Assembly: GCA_965224025.1 (NCBI GenBank)
Contig: CBDCYE010000001.1
Span: 1-64,000 of the forward strand
From: Candidatus Multivorans sp.
Lineage (GTDB): Bacteria > Acidobacteriota > Thermoanaerobaculia > Multivoradales > Multivoraceae
Direction: 5' to 3'
DNA length: 64,000 bases
Part shown: in pieces, positions 18,362 to 28,510 of the stretch
Layout of the letters: every line of letters begins with the position of its first letter
Numbering within the stretch: the stretch's first letter is position 1
The notes under the pieces: generated by a model
What the model was told of the DNA's origin: nothing
What the model saw: only the letters and a program-made list of their open reading frames with translations
The model's database searches: none
Position numbers and translations under genes: made by a program

Positions 18362-21307
18362 CTAGAACAGCTTGAGGACGGCGATGAAGGCGCTCCAGCC
18401 GTCGTCCGGTCCCGCGAGCGCGGCGCCCACGTCCATGTTGACCACCGTGCCCCAGGGGCCGATGAAGGTGCCGACGATGCCGGCGCCGGCGAGCAGCTCA
18501 TTGTCCAGGCCGGAGGCCATGTCCGTCGCCCAGGCGGCGTCGCCGATCAGGTCGATACGGAAGATCTGGCCGAGTTCGAAGCCGTAGGTCAGGTGCGCCG
18601 CCGCCGCCCGCTCGGCACGGACCTTGTCGCTCTGGTAGCCATGGACGGTCACGTCCGAGAAGAACCCGAACTCGTACTTGCTGAAGCGGTCCAGGTCGGC
18701 GCCGTCGACGTATTCCACTGACAGGCCGATCTTCTGGAACTTCGGCAGGTGCCAGGTCTTGGCGACGCCCACGTTCCACAGCGTGTAGCTGTCCGGGGTC
18801 AGGTTGGCGACGCCGAGGCCCCAGGGCTCCCAATCGCCTCGCAGGTTCCAGGCGCCCCCGAGCACCAGCCGGTAGCCGGAACGGGTGTAGCGGAGGGTGG
18901 TCCCCAGGCTGTGACTCAGATGATCCGTGGGCAGGACGAAGTCCTCGCTGGTCTCGTCGGCGCGCTGGAACTTGTGCCAGGACAGCTCGTAGCGGAAGTC
19001 GAGCTTGGCGTAGCTGCCGAGCGGGCGGCCGAGGCTGAAGTCCATGTTCGGGCGGAGCCGTTCCACGTTCTCCTGCGGCGACTCCCGGCCGTCGCGGTAG
19101 AGAGTGTCCTCGCCCGCGAACGCCAGCGCGAAGATGTCGAAGCCGGCATCCCAGCGCGAGCCGAACAGGCTCGGGTTGGCGACATTGGCGAGGATCAGCG
19201 GACCGGCGATGAACAGGTCGGCCTGGGCGCCCGTGCCGCGCCAGTCGAACGCCAGCCAGTTCACGCCGCCCAGGGGCAGGGGGCCGTCCTGGGCCTCGTC
19301 GTAGAAGGCGCCGCCGACGATGAACATCCGGGTCTTGTCGTCCTCCTTGACCACCCGCTCGCCGGTGTCCTTGTCCACGGCCAGGTAGCGAAGCCCCACC
19401 TCGGTGTCGCGCACCATCGTCGCCTCGGAGGCCAGGGTCGCCTGCCGGCGGGTCTCGAAGTCGGTCGGGTTGATCGAGATACCGGTGAGTTCGGTCAACC
19501 CTTCCACGACCGTTGTCGCGTTCAGCAGGGAGAACAGCCGCTGACTGACCACCCGGGCCGGCAGCCAGTACGACGACCGCTCCCACGCCGCCGGCTCGCC
19601 GTTCTCGTCGACCGGGCTGTAGAAGGTGGTTTCGTCGTTCGAGAGCACGTCGCCGGTCAGGCCGAGCTGGACCGCGCGGGTCTTCACACGGGCGTAGATC
19701 TTGCGGTCCACCCACACCGTGCCGCGGAACAGGCTGCGGCCCTCCCCCAGCGCCGCCGCCGGCTCGAACTCGACGACCCAGGTGTCGCGGCCCTCGACCG
19801 TTGCGGTGCCCCGCAGCCGGTAGCGGTACTCCTTGGTGAAGGTGATCGCGGCGGGCATCGCGGCCGCCTTCTCCGGCTGGATCAGGGGGATCTCGGGGAT
19901 CTTCTTGCGCCGCCAGCGGATGCCGTTGACGAAGAAGTTGTCCCAGGCCCAGTCGAAACCGGCCTCCTGGCGGAAGAAGAAGGGGCCCTGGAAGGTCACG
20001 TCGACCGTCTGGATGCCGGTGCCGAGCTGGAAGCGCAGCGAGGTCGTGTTGGTGGCGCTGTAGTTCGCGATCCGCCTCGACTGGTCGTCCTCGAAGGCCT
20101 GCAGCCGCCTCAGGATCTCGCCGACCGGCACCTGGCGCGTGTCGGCGACGGTCAGGGCCTCTTCGATGCTCGTAGCACCGTCGAGGTTGACCGCGAGATC
20201 GCGGTCGAGCCGGAACACGAACGGCCCGTCGGTTTCGGTCAGCTCGAGTTCGTAGCCGTTCCGGGTGCGCCGGCCGCCGAACAGCAGTTCGGTTTCGCCG
20301 GTCGCGGGATCGAAGCGGGCGGGCGACCCGATCTGCCGGTCGCTGAAGCTGAGCGTGACCGGTGCACCTGCCGCCGGTGGCGACACGACGATCCGCAGGC
20401 TCAGATCCTCGCCGTGGACGAAGCTCCAGGCCGCAGCACCCGCAGGCGTCGAGTAGGGGTCGAAGGCGACATCGCCGGAGAACTCCTGGGCGATCAGGCG
20501 GGCGGCTCGAACCGCTGCGGCGTCGCCGGCGCCGTCGCCGGAGAGTGCGAACAGGGACAGGGTGGCCCCGGCCTCTGCCTCGGCCGCCGCGCGCACCAGC
20601 AGGTTGCCCCCGGCGGCTCCGCCGGTGGCCGTAGTGCCGGCCGGACCCGGCTCGACCGCGACGAGGGCATCCGGGTCCAGTTCACGGATCAGTCCCCGCA
20701 GCGCGCCCAGATCGACGGACTCCGAGGTGACCACCGCCACTCCGTCCAGGTAGGCGTCCAGTTCCTGGCCGTAGAGTGCCCGGAGCAACTCCGGATCGCC
20801 CGGCAGCGGCGCCGAGACAACGGCGGCATCCGGCTGCGCCCCCGAAACGGCGACCGCCGCCCGCTTCAGCGCCAGCGCGTACTCCTGGATCTGCAGCGCT
20901 TCATTCCTTAGCTCTCCCGGCCAGACGAGCTGAAAGAAGGACCCTGCCTGGGCCGACCGGGCGAGGTTGGCCAGCCGCTCCAGCTCCGGCGTCAACTCGT
21001 CCGCGCGGTCGGCCGCCGGCGGCGGCGCGGCGAAGCGCACCGCGTACCAGGGAGTGGCGCCGCTGTCGCGCAACCGCGACGCCGCCTCGGCCGCCGCGCC
21101 GACTTCGGCCTCATCCGTGAGGTCGACGGGCCACTTGACCACGAGAAGCGCCTCGTCCGCCAGTTCCGGCAGCGCACCCAGGATCTCCGCCGCTCCGCCT
21201 GGGTCCTCAGTCGCCAGACCGACACAGGGATTGCAGGGCAACTGCCCGGCCGCCGGCACTGCTACAGCGAGCACGACAGCTGTTGCAAGAAGAGCTTGTT
21301 TCGTCAT
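18362..21307 (-). CDS. Large exported/outer-membrane hypothetical protein
   Basis: Signal peptide, glycoside-hydrolase-like N-terminal part, YRYRL...GTVWVD segment and a beta-rich C-terminus ending in Phe. Confidence 0.7.
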   Translation of the reverse strand: MTKQALLATAVVLAVAVPAAGQLPCNPCVGLATEDPGGAAEILGALPELADEALLVVKWPVDLTDEAEVGAAAEAASRLRDSGATPWYAVRFAAPPPAADRADELTPELERLANLARSAQAGSFFQLVWPGELRNEALQIQEYALALKRAAVAVSGAQPDAAVVSAPLPGDPELLRALYGQELDAYLDGVAVVTSESVDLGALRGLIRELDPDALVAVEPGPAGTTATGGAAGGNLLVRAAAEAEAGATLSLFALSGDGAGDAAAVRAARLIAQEFSGDVAFDPYSTPAGAAAWSFVHGEDLSLRIVVSPPAAGAPVTLSFSDRQIGSPARFDPATGETELLFGGRRTRNGYELELTETDGPFVFRLDRDLAVNLDGATSIEEALTVADTRQVPVGEILRRLQAFEDDQSRRIANYSATNTTSLRFQLGTGIQTVDVTFQGPFFFRQEAGFDWAWDNFFVNGIRWRRKKIPEIPLIQPEKAAAMPAAITFTKEYRYRLRGTATVEGRDTWVVEFEPAAALGEGRSLFRGTVWVDRKIYARVKTRAVQLGLTGDVLSNDETTFYSPVDENGEPAAWERSSYWLPARVVSQRLFSLLNATTVVEGLTELTGISINPTDFETRRQATLASEATMVRDTEVGLRYLAVDKDTGERVVKEDDKTRMFIVGGAFYDEAQDGPLPLGGVNWLAFDWRGTGAQADLFIAGPLILANVANPSLFGSRWDAGFDIFALAFAGEDTLYRDGRESPQENVERLRPNMDFSLGRPLGSYAKLDFRYELSWHKFQRADETSEDFVLPTDHLSHSLGTTLRYTRSGYRLVLGGAWNLRGDWEPWGLGVANLTPDSYTLWNVGVAKTWHLPKFQKIGLSVEYVDGADLDRFSKYEFGFFSDVTVHGYQSDKVRAERAAAAHLTYGFELGQIFRIDLIGDAAWATDMASGLDNELLAGAGIVGTFIGPWGTVVNMDVGAALAGPDDGWSAFIAVLKLF

Positions 21308-21451
21308 TTCCCGAGGAGTTCCCAACGCAGTGTCGGACCTTAGCCCGGATAACAGCTTGTGGCGGCTCAGATTCCCTGTCCGCGGAGGGTGTCGGTTCGT
21401 TTGCCTCGTGCATCAGCCCTCTCGGCACCGACTTCCAGCCCAGTCGGGGTT

Positions 21452-21547
21452 AGGAGGGGTCAGCTCCCAGGTGCCTCTGAACGAGCGAAGCGCCACACCT
21501 CCCATCTCCTCCCAAGCGCTCACGTCACCTGGGAGCTGACCCCTCCT
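21452..21547. other. Long hairpin (22-bp perfect inverted repeat), candidate sRNA or terminator
   Basis: AGGAGGGGTCAGCTCCCAGGTG (21452-21473) and CACCTGGGAGCTGACCCCTCCT (21526-21547). Confidence 0.8.
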
Positions 21548-21582
21548 GCCCCAAGACGGGCGGGTGCGTCCGACGACGCCGG

Positions 21583-22653
21583 CTAGCCCGCCGCGGCGGC
21601 GCGGTCGGCCGACTCCTCGGCGGCGGCGACGATCGCGGGCAGTCCCATCTCGGAGCGCAGGTGGGCTTCGATCTCGTCGGCCAGTTCCGGGTTGTCGCGT
21701 AGAAACTGCTTCGCGTTCTCCCGGCCCTGGCCCAGCCTCACATCGCCGGCCGAGAACCAGGCGCCGCTCTTCATGACCCGCTTGTGCACGACGCCGAGGT
21801 CGATCAGCTCGCCGACCCGGGAGATGCCCTCGCCGTAGTCGATGTCGAACTCGGCGAGACGGAACGGTGGCGCGACCTTGTTCTTGACCACCTTGATCCG
21901 CACCCGTGAGCCGACCACCTGGTCGCCGTCCTTCAGCGCGCCGATACGCCGGATGTCGATGCGGACCGACGAGTAGAACTTGAGCGCCCGGCCGCCGGTC
22001 GTGGTCTCGGGCGAGCCGAACATGACCCCGATCTTCTCGCGGATCTGGTTGATGAACACCACGGTCGTCCGCGACTTGGCGATGATGGCCGTCAACTTGC
22101 GGAGTGCCTGTGACATGAGACGAGCCTGGAGGCCGACATGGGAGTCACCCATCTCGCCTTCCAGTTCGGCGCGCGGCACCAGGGCGGCGACCGAGTCGAT
22201 CACCACGATGTCGAGCGCGTTCGAGCGCACCAGCATTTCGGCGATCTCCAGCGCCTGCTCACCGCTGTCCGGCTGGGACACCAGAAGGTCGTCGATATTC
22301 ACGCCGATCTTCTCGGCGTACTCGGCGTCGAGGGCGTGCTCGGCGTCGATGAACGCCGCGGCGCCGCCGGTGCGCTGGGCCTGGCCGACCACCGAGAGGG
22401 CCAGAGTCGTCTTTCCGCTGGATTCCGGGCCATAGACCTCGACCACGCGGCCGCGCGGGAAACCGCCGGTGCCGATGGCGGAGTCGACGGCCAGCGAACC
22501 GGTCGAGATCGATTCGATACCGAGGTTCTCCTGTTCGCCGAGACGCATGATCGCGCCCTTTCCGAACTGACGTTCGATCTGAGTGAGTGCGCCCGAGATG
22601 GCTTCCTCGCGACCGACTTGCTGCTTGCGCGCATTCGCGCGGGTGGGGGTCAT
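21583..22653 (-). CDS. recA: Recombinase A
   Basis: [41 protein letters not shown] and KNKVAPPF. Confidence 0.98.
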   Translation of the reverse strand: MTPTRANARKQQVGREEAISGALTQIERQFGKGAIMRLGEQENLGIESISTGSLAVDSAIGTGGFPRGRVVEVYGPESSGKTTLALSVVGQAQRTGGAAAFIDAEHALDAEYAEKIGVNIDDLLVSQPDSGEQALEIAEMLVRSNALDIVVIDSVAALVPRAELEGEMGDSHVGLQARLMSQALRKLTAIIAKSRTTVVFINQIREKIGVMFGSPETTTGGRALKFYSSVRIDIRRIGALKDGDQVVGSRVRIKVVKNKVAPPFRLAEFDIDYGEGISRVGELIDLGVVHKRVMKSGAWFSAGDVRLGQGRENAKQFLRDNPELADEIEAHLRSEMGLPAIVAAAEESADRAAAAG

Positions 22654-22886
22654 GGGTTTCTTGTTCCTCTTTTTGGCTATGGCGCGTGGGCGGTGTTCGG
22701 GCGGAAGCTCGGGCAGTGATCGACGGCCTTCGAGGGGGCAGCGGCGCGGTTCCGGCGGCGTCGCCGCAGGCTGTGCGTGGCTATACTTCCGCGCGACCGA
22801 TGCGGCGGTCCCCTGGATCGTCAGACGGTTCAACGGAAGGCGGGACTTGGCCGCTGCGGACGCTCGGCGACGTGGCGTAGAACAAC

Positions 22887-23897
22887 GTGACAGCCGACAT
22901 CGACAAGGGCATAGTCAGCGTATTGCAGCCCCCCTTGGGCGTCAACCGCGAGGTCCGGGACCGGCTCGTCGCGATTCCCGGCGCCTGTGTCCGCGAAGCG
23001 GTGCCGCTGGCCTCGGTGACGACGCTGCGAATCGGCGGTCCGGCGGATCTCTTCGTCCGGGTCGAGTCCGAGGCGGCGCTCACCGCGGTGATGACCGCGG
23101 CCCGTGAGTGTGCGGTCGCGCTTCACCTGCACGGTCACGGTTCGAACGTGCTGTTCCCGGACAGGGGCATTCGCGGCGTCGTCTGCCGGCTCCGAGGAGA
23201 GCTCGAACTCGTCGAGGTGGAGGGCGAGACGGTACGGGCCGGCGCCGGGGTCACGCTCGCCAGACTGGCGCGGGACACGGCGAAGCAGGGTTTGCTCGGG
23301 CTCGAGGCCTTGTCCGGTTTCCCTTCGACCGTGGGCGGCGCCGTGGTCATGAACGCCGGCTGCTACGGCACGGAGATCCGCGATGTTCTCACCGAGGTCC
23401 GCGTGGCGCGGCCGGGGCGCCCGGTCGAGGCCGTGCCGGTCGCCCGGCTTGAGCCCGGCTACCGGACGACGAACCTGCAGGGGACCGACGCGGTCATAAC
23501 AGGAGCGGAGTTCCGGCTCCGGAGCGGGGACGGCGCCGCGGCGCTCAGGCGAATCGACGAGTTGAACCGGCGGCGGTGGCGGAGCCTGCCGTCCGGCAAG
23601 CCGAATGCCGGTTCCGTGTTCCGCAACCCGGAGGACGACTTTGCCGGCCGGCTGATCGAAGCCTGCGGTCTGAAGGGCCTGCGCCGCGGCGGCGCCGAGA
23701 TCAGTCAGCGCCATGCGAACGTGATCGTCAACCGGGAGAAGGCGCGCGCCGCAGACGTACTCGATCTGATGGTGGCCGCCCACCGGGCGGTACGAAACCG
23801 GTTCGGCGTCGAACTGCGGCCCGAGATCGTGCTGGCCGGCGGCCTGGCCGAGGAGTTCTGGGACCGCGCTAGGAACTTGCGCGGTAGAACGATCTGA
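22887..23897 (+). CDS. murB: UDP-N-acetylmuramate dehydrogenase
   Basis: [30 protein letters not shown] and HANVIVN. Confidence 0.93.
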   Translation: MTADIDKGIVSVLQPPLGVNREVRDRLVAIPGACVREAVPLASVTTLRIGGPADLFVRVESEAALTAVMTAARECAVALHLHGHGSNVLFPDRGIRGVVCRLRGELELVEVEGETVRAGAGVTLARLARDTAKQGLLGLEALSGFPSTVGGAVVMNAGCYGTEIRDVLTEVRVARPGRPVEAVPVARLEPGYRTTNLQGTDAVITGAEFRLRSGDGAAALRRIDELNRRRWRSLPSGKPNAGSVFRNPEDDFAGRLIEACGLKGLRRGGAEISQRHANVIVNREKARAADVLDLMVAAHRAVRNRFGVELRPEIVLAGGLAEEFWDRARNLRGRTI

Positions 23898-23942
23898 CCT
23901 GGGAACGCGGGCATCCTGCCCGCATCCGGCGCGGAGCGCCGG
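23898..23942 (+). repeat. REP-like palindromic repeat immediately after the murB stop
   Basis: CCTGGGAACGCGGGCATCCTGCCCGCATCCGGCGCGGAGCGCCGG. Confidence 0.85.
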
Positions 23943-24046
23943 CCTCCGGTCGTTCTTCCGCGCTAGTTCGGAGTGATACAGGCTATCCTCGGAGGTCGAC
24001 GCGAGACGAGGGCCAGACGAGGCTGATGGAAGGGAAGGGAGAGACG

Positions 24047-24595
24047 ATGAAGGGGACTTTGAATCGGACATCGTGGCGGCGACCGGAAGTGGTCGTGGCG
24101 TTTGTTGCGGCCATCGCGCTGCTCGCCCTTGCCTGCGGCGGCGGGGGCGGTGTGGCCGAGACCCGCGCCGGCTTCATCGCACAATTGCAGTCGTTCACGG
24201 TTCAGGCACCGGCTGCCGAGGAGGCGATGGCATCCGAGGAGGCCGAAGCCGAAGCCGAAGCCGAAGCCGATACAGACGCCGAAGCGGAAGGCGACATGCC
24301 GGCCGAGCCCGCCATGGTCAACGTCATGCTCGACATCCTGGTTCACAACGAGGGCGCCGGCACGCTCGACGGCATCACGGTCGACCTCACGATCGCCGAC
24401 CCGGACGGTGCGGAGAAGGAACGCCGGCTGCTCTGGGTTGAGACTGCCGGGCTCACCAAGGGCTCCCAGACGCAGGTGGTCTACGACCTGATCGATGTCG
24501 CCTATACCGAGGGCGATGGCTTCCACGTCGAGGTTCGCCACGCGATCCCGATGGAAGAGCGCGGCGACTACCGCGAGTTCGACGCGGAGAGCTGA
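24047..24595 (+). CDS. Putative lipoprotein
   Basis: LALAC lipobox and an acidic (EA)n linker encoded by GCCGAA repeats. Confidence 0.75.
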   Translation: MKGTLNRTSWRRPEVVVAFVAAIALLALACGGGGGVAETRAGFIAQLQSFTVQAPAAEEAMASEEAEAEAEAEADTDAEAEGDMPAEPAMVNVMLDILVHNEGAGTLDGITVDLTIADPDGAEKERRLLWVETAGLTKGSQTQVVYDLIDVAYTEGDGFHVEVRHAIPMEERGDYREFDAES

Positions 24596-25432
24596 GGGTC
24601 GGCGACGACCGAGATGGCCCGCGCCGCAGGCAGAGGGGTCGCGCGTTCCCGGGACTGCGTAGAGGAGATCCGCGCCGTACTTCCGGCGGATCTCGGGCCG
24701 CCGATAGCTTCCGTCACCGCCTCAGCGTGAGCCGGTCCAGGCCACCGTCCAGGTCCCGCGCGGCTTCGGCGTCCCGGAATGCGGCCCCGACTCGGCCGAT
24801 GCGGCCGACCTGGTCCGGCCGTCCGGACTTGGTTCTCCGGTAGGATCCGCACCATGACTGAACCGCGGCAGCCGCAGGCAGCCCTTGGACTCGTCCCGGC
24901 GACACCTACCTCCTAGCGGCTTACTCGGGAGTTTGACTCTCGACGAGCCGATGTTGTCCGACGACTCGACTTTTCGTCGGTCGGTTGACCCGCGCCGCCC
25001 GGAGGGGACGCGCCAATGAGAACCACCTGGCTGATGGTCGCTTCGGCGGCTCTCGCCTGTACGGCACCCGCCGATCCGGATCCCGCCGCGGTCCGCCTGG
25101 CGGCTCTAACCGTAGCGGCAGCGGCAGATTCGATCGACGATCTTCAAGCTGTTGACGACCCCGACGCTGCCGGCGTCCGCGACGCCTTCCACAACGCAAC
25201 CCGCGAGGCCCTGGTGGCCGCCCGTCAAGCCCAGCGACTCGGCACCTGCATCGACGGCCGCCGCGTTCGCTGGCAGCCTCGAAGCGGCCGAGGCCGCCGA
25301 ACGCCTAGGCGACGCCCTAGTCCTGGCCCTCGAAGCGCGGGACGACTACGCCGCCGCCCGCGACCACTTCACCCATGCAGCCACGAAGCTGGCCGATGCC
25401 CGCGCCGATGCTCTCCGAATCGGCCGGGATCT

Positions 25433-25722
25433 GCGCGCACTCGCTTCAAGCCGAGTAGTTTGAAGGCTTCGTTCTGGAGTGGAGTGGGCCGTGCGAGGAC
25501 GTCGGCGGTGGAGTCGGCCTTGCCGTGCATCCGCACGCGGTTTCGGGTCAGCGTGGCCAGGTCGGCGAGCAAGGTCTGGAAGCTGTGGACGGGGAGTCCG
25601 TCGCGGGAGTTGGCCTTGGTCATTGCCTCGGGCGACCTGCGCGCGGGATCACGGGCGACTCGCGTTGGTCGTCGCGGCGTTGGTCGTCGAAGAGGAGGGG
25701 CGCCAGGGTCCGGCGCAGCCGA
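25433..25722 (-). mobile_element. IS1634-family transposase C-terminal remnant (boundaries approximate)
   Basis: RLRRTLAPLLFDD, then a frameshift, then DGLPVHSFQTLLADLATLTRN...PTPLQNEAFKLLG. It parallels the C-terminus of the 55664-57439 transposase. Confidence 0.8.
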
Positions 25723-26005
25723 AGCCCAGGACGCTTGGAGCGCTGCACGCGCAACACTGAGCCGACGCCGCACCGAGCGGGTGCACGACGAGCGGGTCAC
25801 AAAACTACGAGTGGACCGCGCTAACAACGCCGTGAAGGCCGCCTCCGATGAATGGGGCCGCGCCAACGACGCCGCGAGTGCCGCCTTCGATGAACGCGGC
25901 CGGCTGGTTCTCCGCATTCGGGCTACCGCAGCCGCCGGATCGGCGAAGTCGCCCACGCTGACCCAAGTCAAGAGGCGATTCGGTGGTGAGAAGACGCCCA
26001 CGCTG

Positions 26006-26349
26006 CAAGACCTTGAAGGACTGGAAGCCAAGGCCGCGACTCTCGCCTACCCGGCCGTCGAGGCGGAGCTCGCCGAACGCGAAGCCGCGGACCGCGCCAA
26101 ACAGGCGATGGAGGCCGCCGAGGCCCGCGTCGATGAAGCGATCACCGCCTACCGCGTCGCCGTGGACGCTTGGCGCACAAGACCTTGAAGGACTGGAAGC
26201 CAAGGCCGCGACTCTCGCCTACCCGGCCGTCGAGGCGGAGCTCGCCGAACGCGAAGCCGCGGACCGCGCCAAACAGGCGATGGAGGCCGCCGAGGCCCGC
26301 GTCGATGAAGCGATCACCGCCTACCGCGTCGCCGTGGACGCTTGGCGCA
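26006..26349 (+). repeat. Perfect 172-bp tandem duplication
   Basis: CAAGACCTTGAAGG...TGGCGCA at 26006-26177 and 26178-26349. Confidence 0.93.
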
Positions 26350-26506
26350 CACTGCTCGAATGATAGGCGGCCCTGTTCCGGCGTGTTCAGAAGCTCCCGG
26401 AACGGTTCACGGATCCGCAGCACAGAAAAGCGCCGGTCGGCAAGGCGAGCGTCAGGTCGAAGGCCGCGGCGAACTTTCTACCTGTGTGTCGATCGTGACG
26501 AACCGC

Positions 26507-26836
26507 TCAGTTCAATGTGTGGTCCGGGTACGGCCGTGGGCGCTCTGCGGCTTTCAGGCGAGCGAACCGCCCCAGCCGCTCAACGTACGCGCTGGTAGCG
26601 GTTGGCGCCTCCTGGAACGGTATGCAAGCGTCGTCGTAGAAGAAGATCTTGGTTGCGCCGTCAGCGGTCCGCACCTCGCCGTCGTGGCTCATTGCGGCGA
26701 GTGTCGAGTGCGCCGGGCGCTGCTGAAGGTTGAACCCGGCGAGGACGCCGTACTCGCGGTTGAAGACCCGTACGCTCCGGTCGCGAATCTCGATTCCGTA
26801 GGGCAGGGCGATTGATCTGCCATCTACCAGCGGCAT
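26507..26836 (-). CDS. Hypothetical protein (mobile-element type)
   Basis: LPYG...VFNREY...FFYDDACIP...YVERL. AAGGG lies upstream, and the ORF starts 2 bp after the previous ORF's stop. Confidence 0.6.
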   Translation of the reverse strand: MPLVDGRSIALPYGIEIRDRSVRVFNREYGVLAGFNLQQRPAHSTLAAMSHDGEVRTADGATKIFFYDDACIPFQEAPTATSAYVERLGRFARLKAAERPRPYPDHTLN

Positions 26837-26838
26837 TG

Positions 26839-27087
26839 TCAGTTGTCGCCCTTCTGAAGCGGTCCGATGCTGCCTCCCCGCGTCAGGTCCGCGTGGAGGG
26901 TGATCCGATCGCCCCGCATCAGGCGCACGCCGGGCGGCTCGGGGAGGTCTTGCAGCGTCTGGCCATTGTCGAGGCGCACACTGACCTTCGCCGGCTGCGG
27001 TAAGGCCGTGTGCTCGTCAAGCCCGCGGATGATCTTCGCCGCCGGTCGGTACATGTGGCCGACCTGGCCCCTGTACTCCTTCATCAT
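26839..27087 (-). CDS. Small hypothetical protein
   Basis: 82-aa ORF with GGAG upstream and an AT-richer upstream region; tightly coupled to 26507-26836. Confidence 0.55.
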   Translation of the reverse strand: MMKEYRGQVGHMYRPAAKIIRGLDEHTALPQPAKVSVRLDNGQTLQDLPEPPGVRLMRGDRITLHADLTRGGSIGPLQKGDN

Positions 27088-27164
27088 GCTGCCGCAATTC
27101 TACTCCACACCGTGGCGTCGTATAGTCCTTCTTACTCATAGTTGACGTCACCCCCAGGAACCCC

Positions 27165-27752
27165 GTGAATCGACCCCTCCAACGCGCCGGCGACGACGGA
27201 CTCTCCGCCGGCGACCGAGGCGAGACGACCGCCGGACTGCGCGACGCGGCGCTCCTGCGCACGATGAGCGACGCCCTGCTGCGGGCCTCGGAGCTCGCGG
27301 TGATCGCCACCGGCGACGTCGAGCGCGAAGGCGACGGAAGCGGCCGCCTGGCCATCCGGCGCTCGAAGACGGACCAGGAGGCCGAGGGAGCGGTCGCCTA
27401 CCTGACACCGGCGACAATGACGGCGCTCGACACTTGGCTTGCCGCCGCGGCGGAGCGGGAGACGGGCGCGGCGTCCAGCTCGAGCGGCCGCTACGAAGGG
27501 CCGGTCTTTCGGAGGGTGACGCGGACTGGGGCCGTGTCAGGCCACGCACCGCTGACGACCAACGCGGTGCGCGCCGTCGTGCGCAAGCGGGCCGCCGCGG
27601 TCGGGATAGACGGCGCCTCCGGGCACAACTGCCGGGTCGGGTCGGCCCAGTCCCTCATCGAGCGCGGCGCGTCCATCGCGGCCGTCGCGATCGCCGGCCG
27701 CTGGAAGGACCCCGGCATGGTGGTCCGCTACGCCAAGGGCCTAGGAGGCTGA
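27165..27752 (+). pseudogene. Cre-like tyrosine recombinase catalytic domain (N-terminally truncated)
   Basis: LRDAALL, LLRASEL (R), RRSKTDQ (K), SGHNCR (HxxR), GRW (W) and VVRY (Y). There is no core-binding domain. Confidence 0.8.
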
Positions 27753-28403
27753 GCGCGTCGCGGTGTTGAGTCGAAAGTCCTCGCGTCGGCGCGCAACATC
27801 AATGCTGCCCCAGCGCCGCGCTGTCAACTCCGCGCCCATTGGCGGGAACTTCCCGTGGATCACCTTGATCCCGCGGGTCTCCAGGAATTCAGCTACCGGC
27901 ACGAAGTCCCGGTCAGAGGAAACCAGGACCGCGATGTCGTAGTTGTCGATCCAGGCGAGGCTGATCATGGCGGTAGCCATGCGAACATCAACGCCCTTCT
28001 CCTCAGTCCCTCGCATGTCTGCATTGCAGACCGGACAACAGGCGACTACCCCGTGGCACGTGGGGCACTTGGGGGCTCTCTTCTTCTTATGCCGCGGGAC
28101 CATAGACACGCTCACCCCCGGAAAGGTGTCCAGCTTCCTCGTAGCCCACTGGTGCATCCTGCGGTCCTTCTCGCTGTTTGGATCGTAGGAGCCGTAGATG
28201 TTCACCCCCTGATACTCGGCTACCGCCGTAGCGGCGACGACATCAGCCGCAGCACGTGAGAATACAGGGCCGAACTTCGACCAATCTGTGCGGAACTCCC
28301 TGTCCTGGCTCTGCATTGAGAGCGTGTAGTTCCAGAAGTCCACGAACACGCGGACGCGGTGGCGAGGCAAACCGGAAGGAGGGGTCGGAGCGCGATTCGG
28401 CAT
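27741..28403 (-). CDS. NYN (LabA/DUF88, PIN-fold) nuclease with a CxxC...CxxC insertion
   Basis: VFVDFWN, EEKGVDV and LVSSDRDFVP, with a CPTC...CPVC insert. Confidence 0.88.
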   Translation of the reverse strand: MPNRAPTPPSGLPRHRVRVFVDFWNYTLSMQSQDREFRTDWSKFGPVFSRAAADVVAATAVAEYQGVNIYGSYDPNSEKDRRMHQWATRKLDTFPGVSVSMVPRHKKKRAPKCPTCHGVVACCPVCNADMRGTEEKGVDVRMATAMISLAWIDNYDIAVLVSSDRDFVPVAEFLETRGIKVIHGKFPPMGAELTARRWGSIDVARRREDFRLNTATRSAS

Positions 28404-28409
28404 GGGGGC

Positions 28410-28442
28410 AAGAAAATTCAGGGACGCACAAAGGCGTCCCTG
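28410..28442 (-). terminator. Intrinsic terminator-like hairpin directly upstream of the NYN start
   Basis: Minus strand reads CAGGGACGC-CTTTGT-GCGTCCCTG-AATTTTCTT. Confidence 0.65.
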
Positions 28443-28510
28443 GGATAGAGATAACCGGGTTCCGTAGTTCCCTGTCTGGGCGGCGACCCGGTGGGTCGTA
28501 TTAAGACGAG

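Larger units (their letters stand above)
25016..26363 (+). pseudogene. Disrupted Ala-rich helical lipoprotein gene
   Basis: ALAC lipobox, apparent frameshift near 25240, a transposase fragment at ~25433-25722, and a 172-bp tandem duplication near the 3' end. Confidence 0.55.

Noticed and set aside
21330-21450. c-di-GMP-I riboswitch upstream of the large exported protein
   Set aside because: Only GGCAAAC matches; the GAAA-capped stem and GCAAAG elements are not evident.
22654-22886. LexA box upstream of recA
   Set aside because: I found no convincing GTTC-N7-GTTC, CTGT-N8-ACAG or GAAC-N4-GTTC match.
24242-24270. (GCCGAA)n as a phase-variation tract
   Set aside because: A hexamer unit preserves the frame and simply encodes an EA linker.
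24714-24905. Second integrase fragment (RRTKSGRPDQ)
   Set aside because: The resemblance is limited to a few residues, with no other catalytic motifs.
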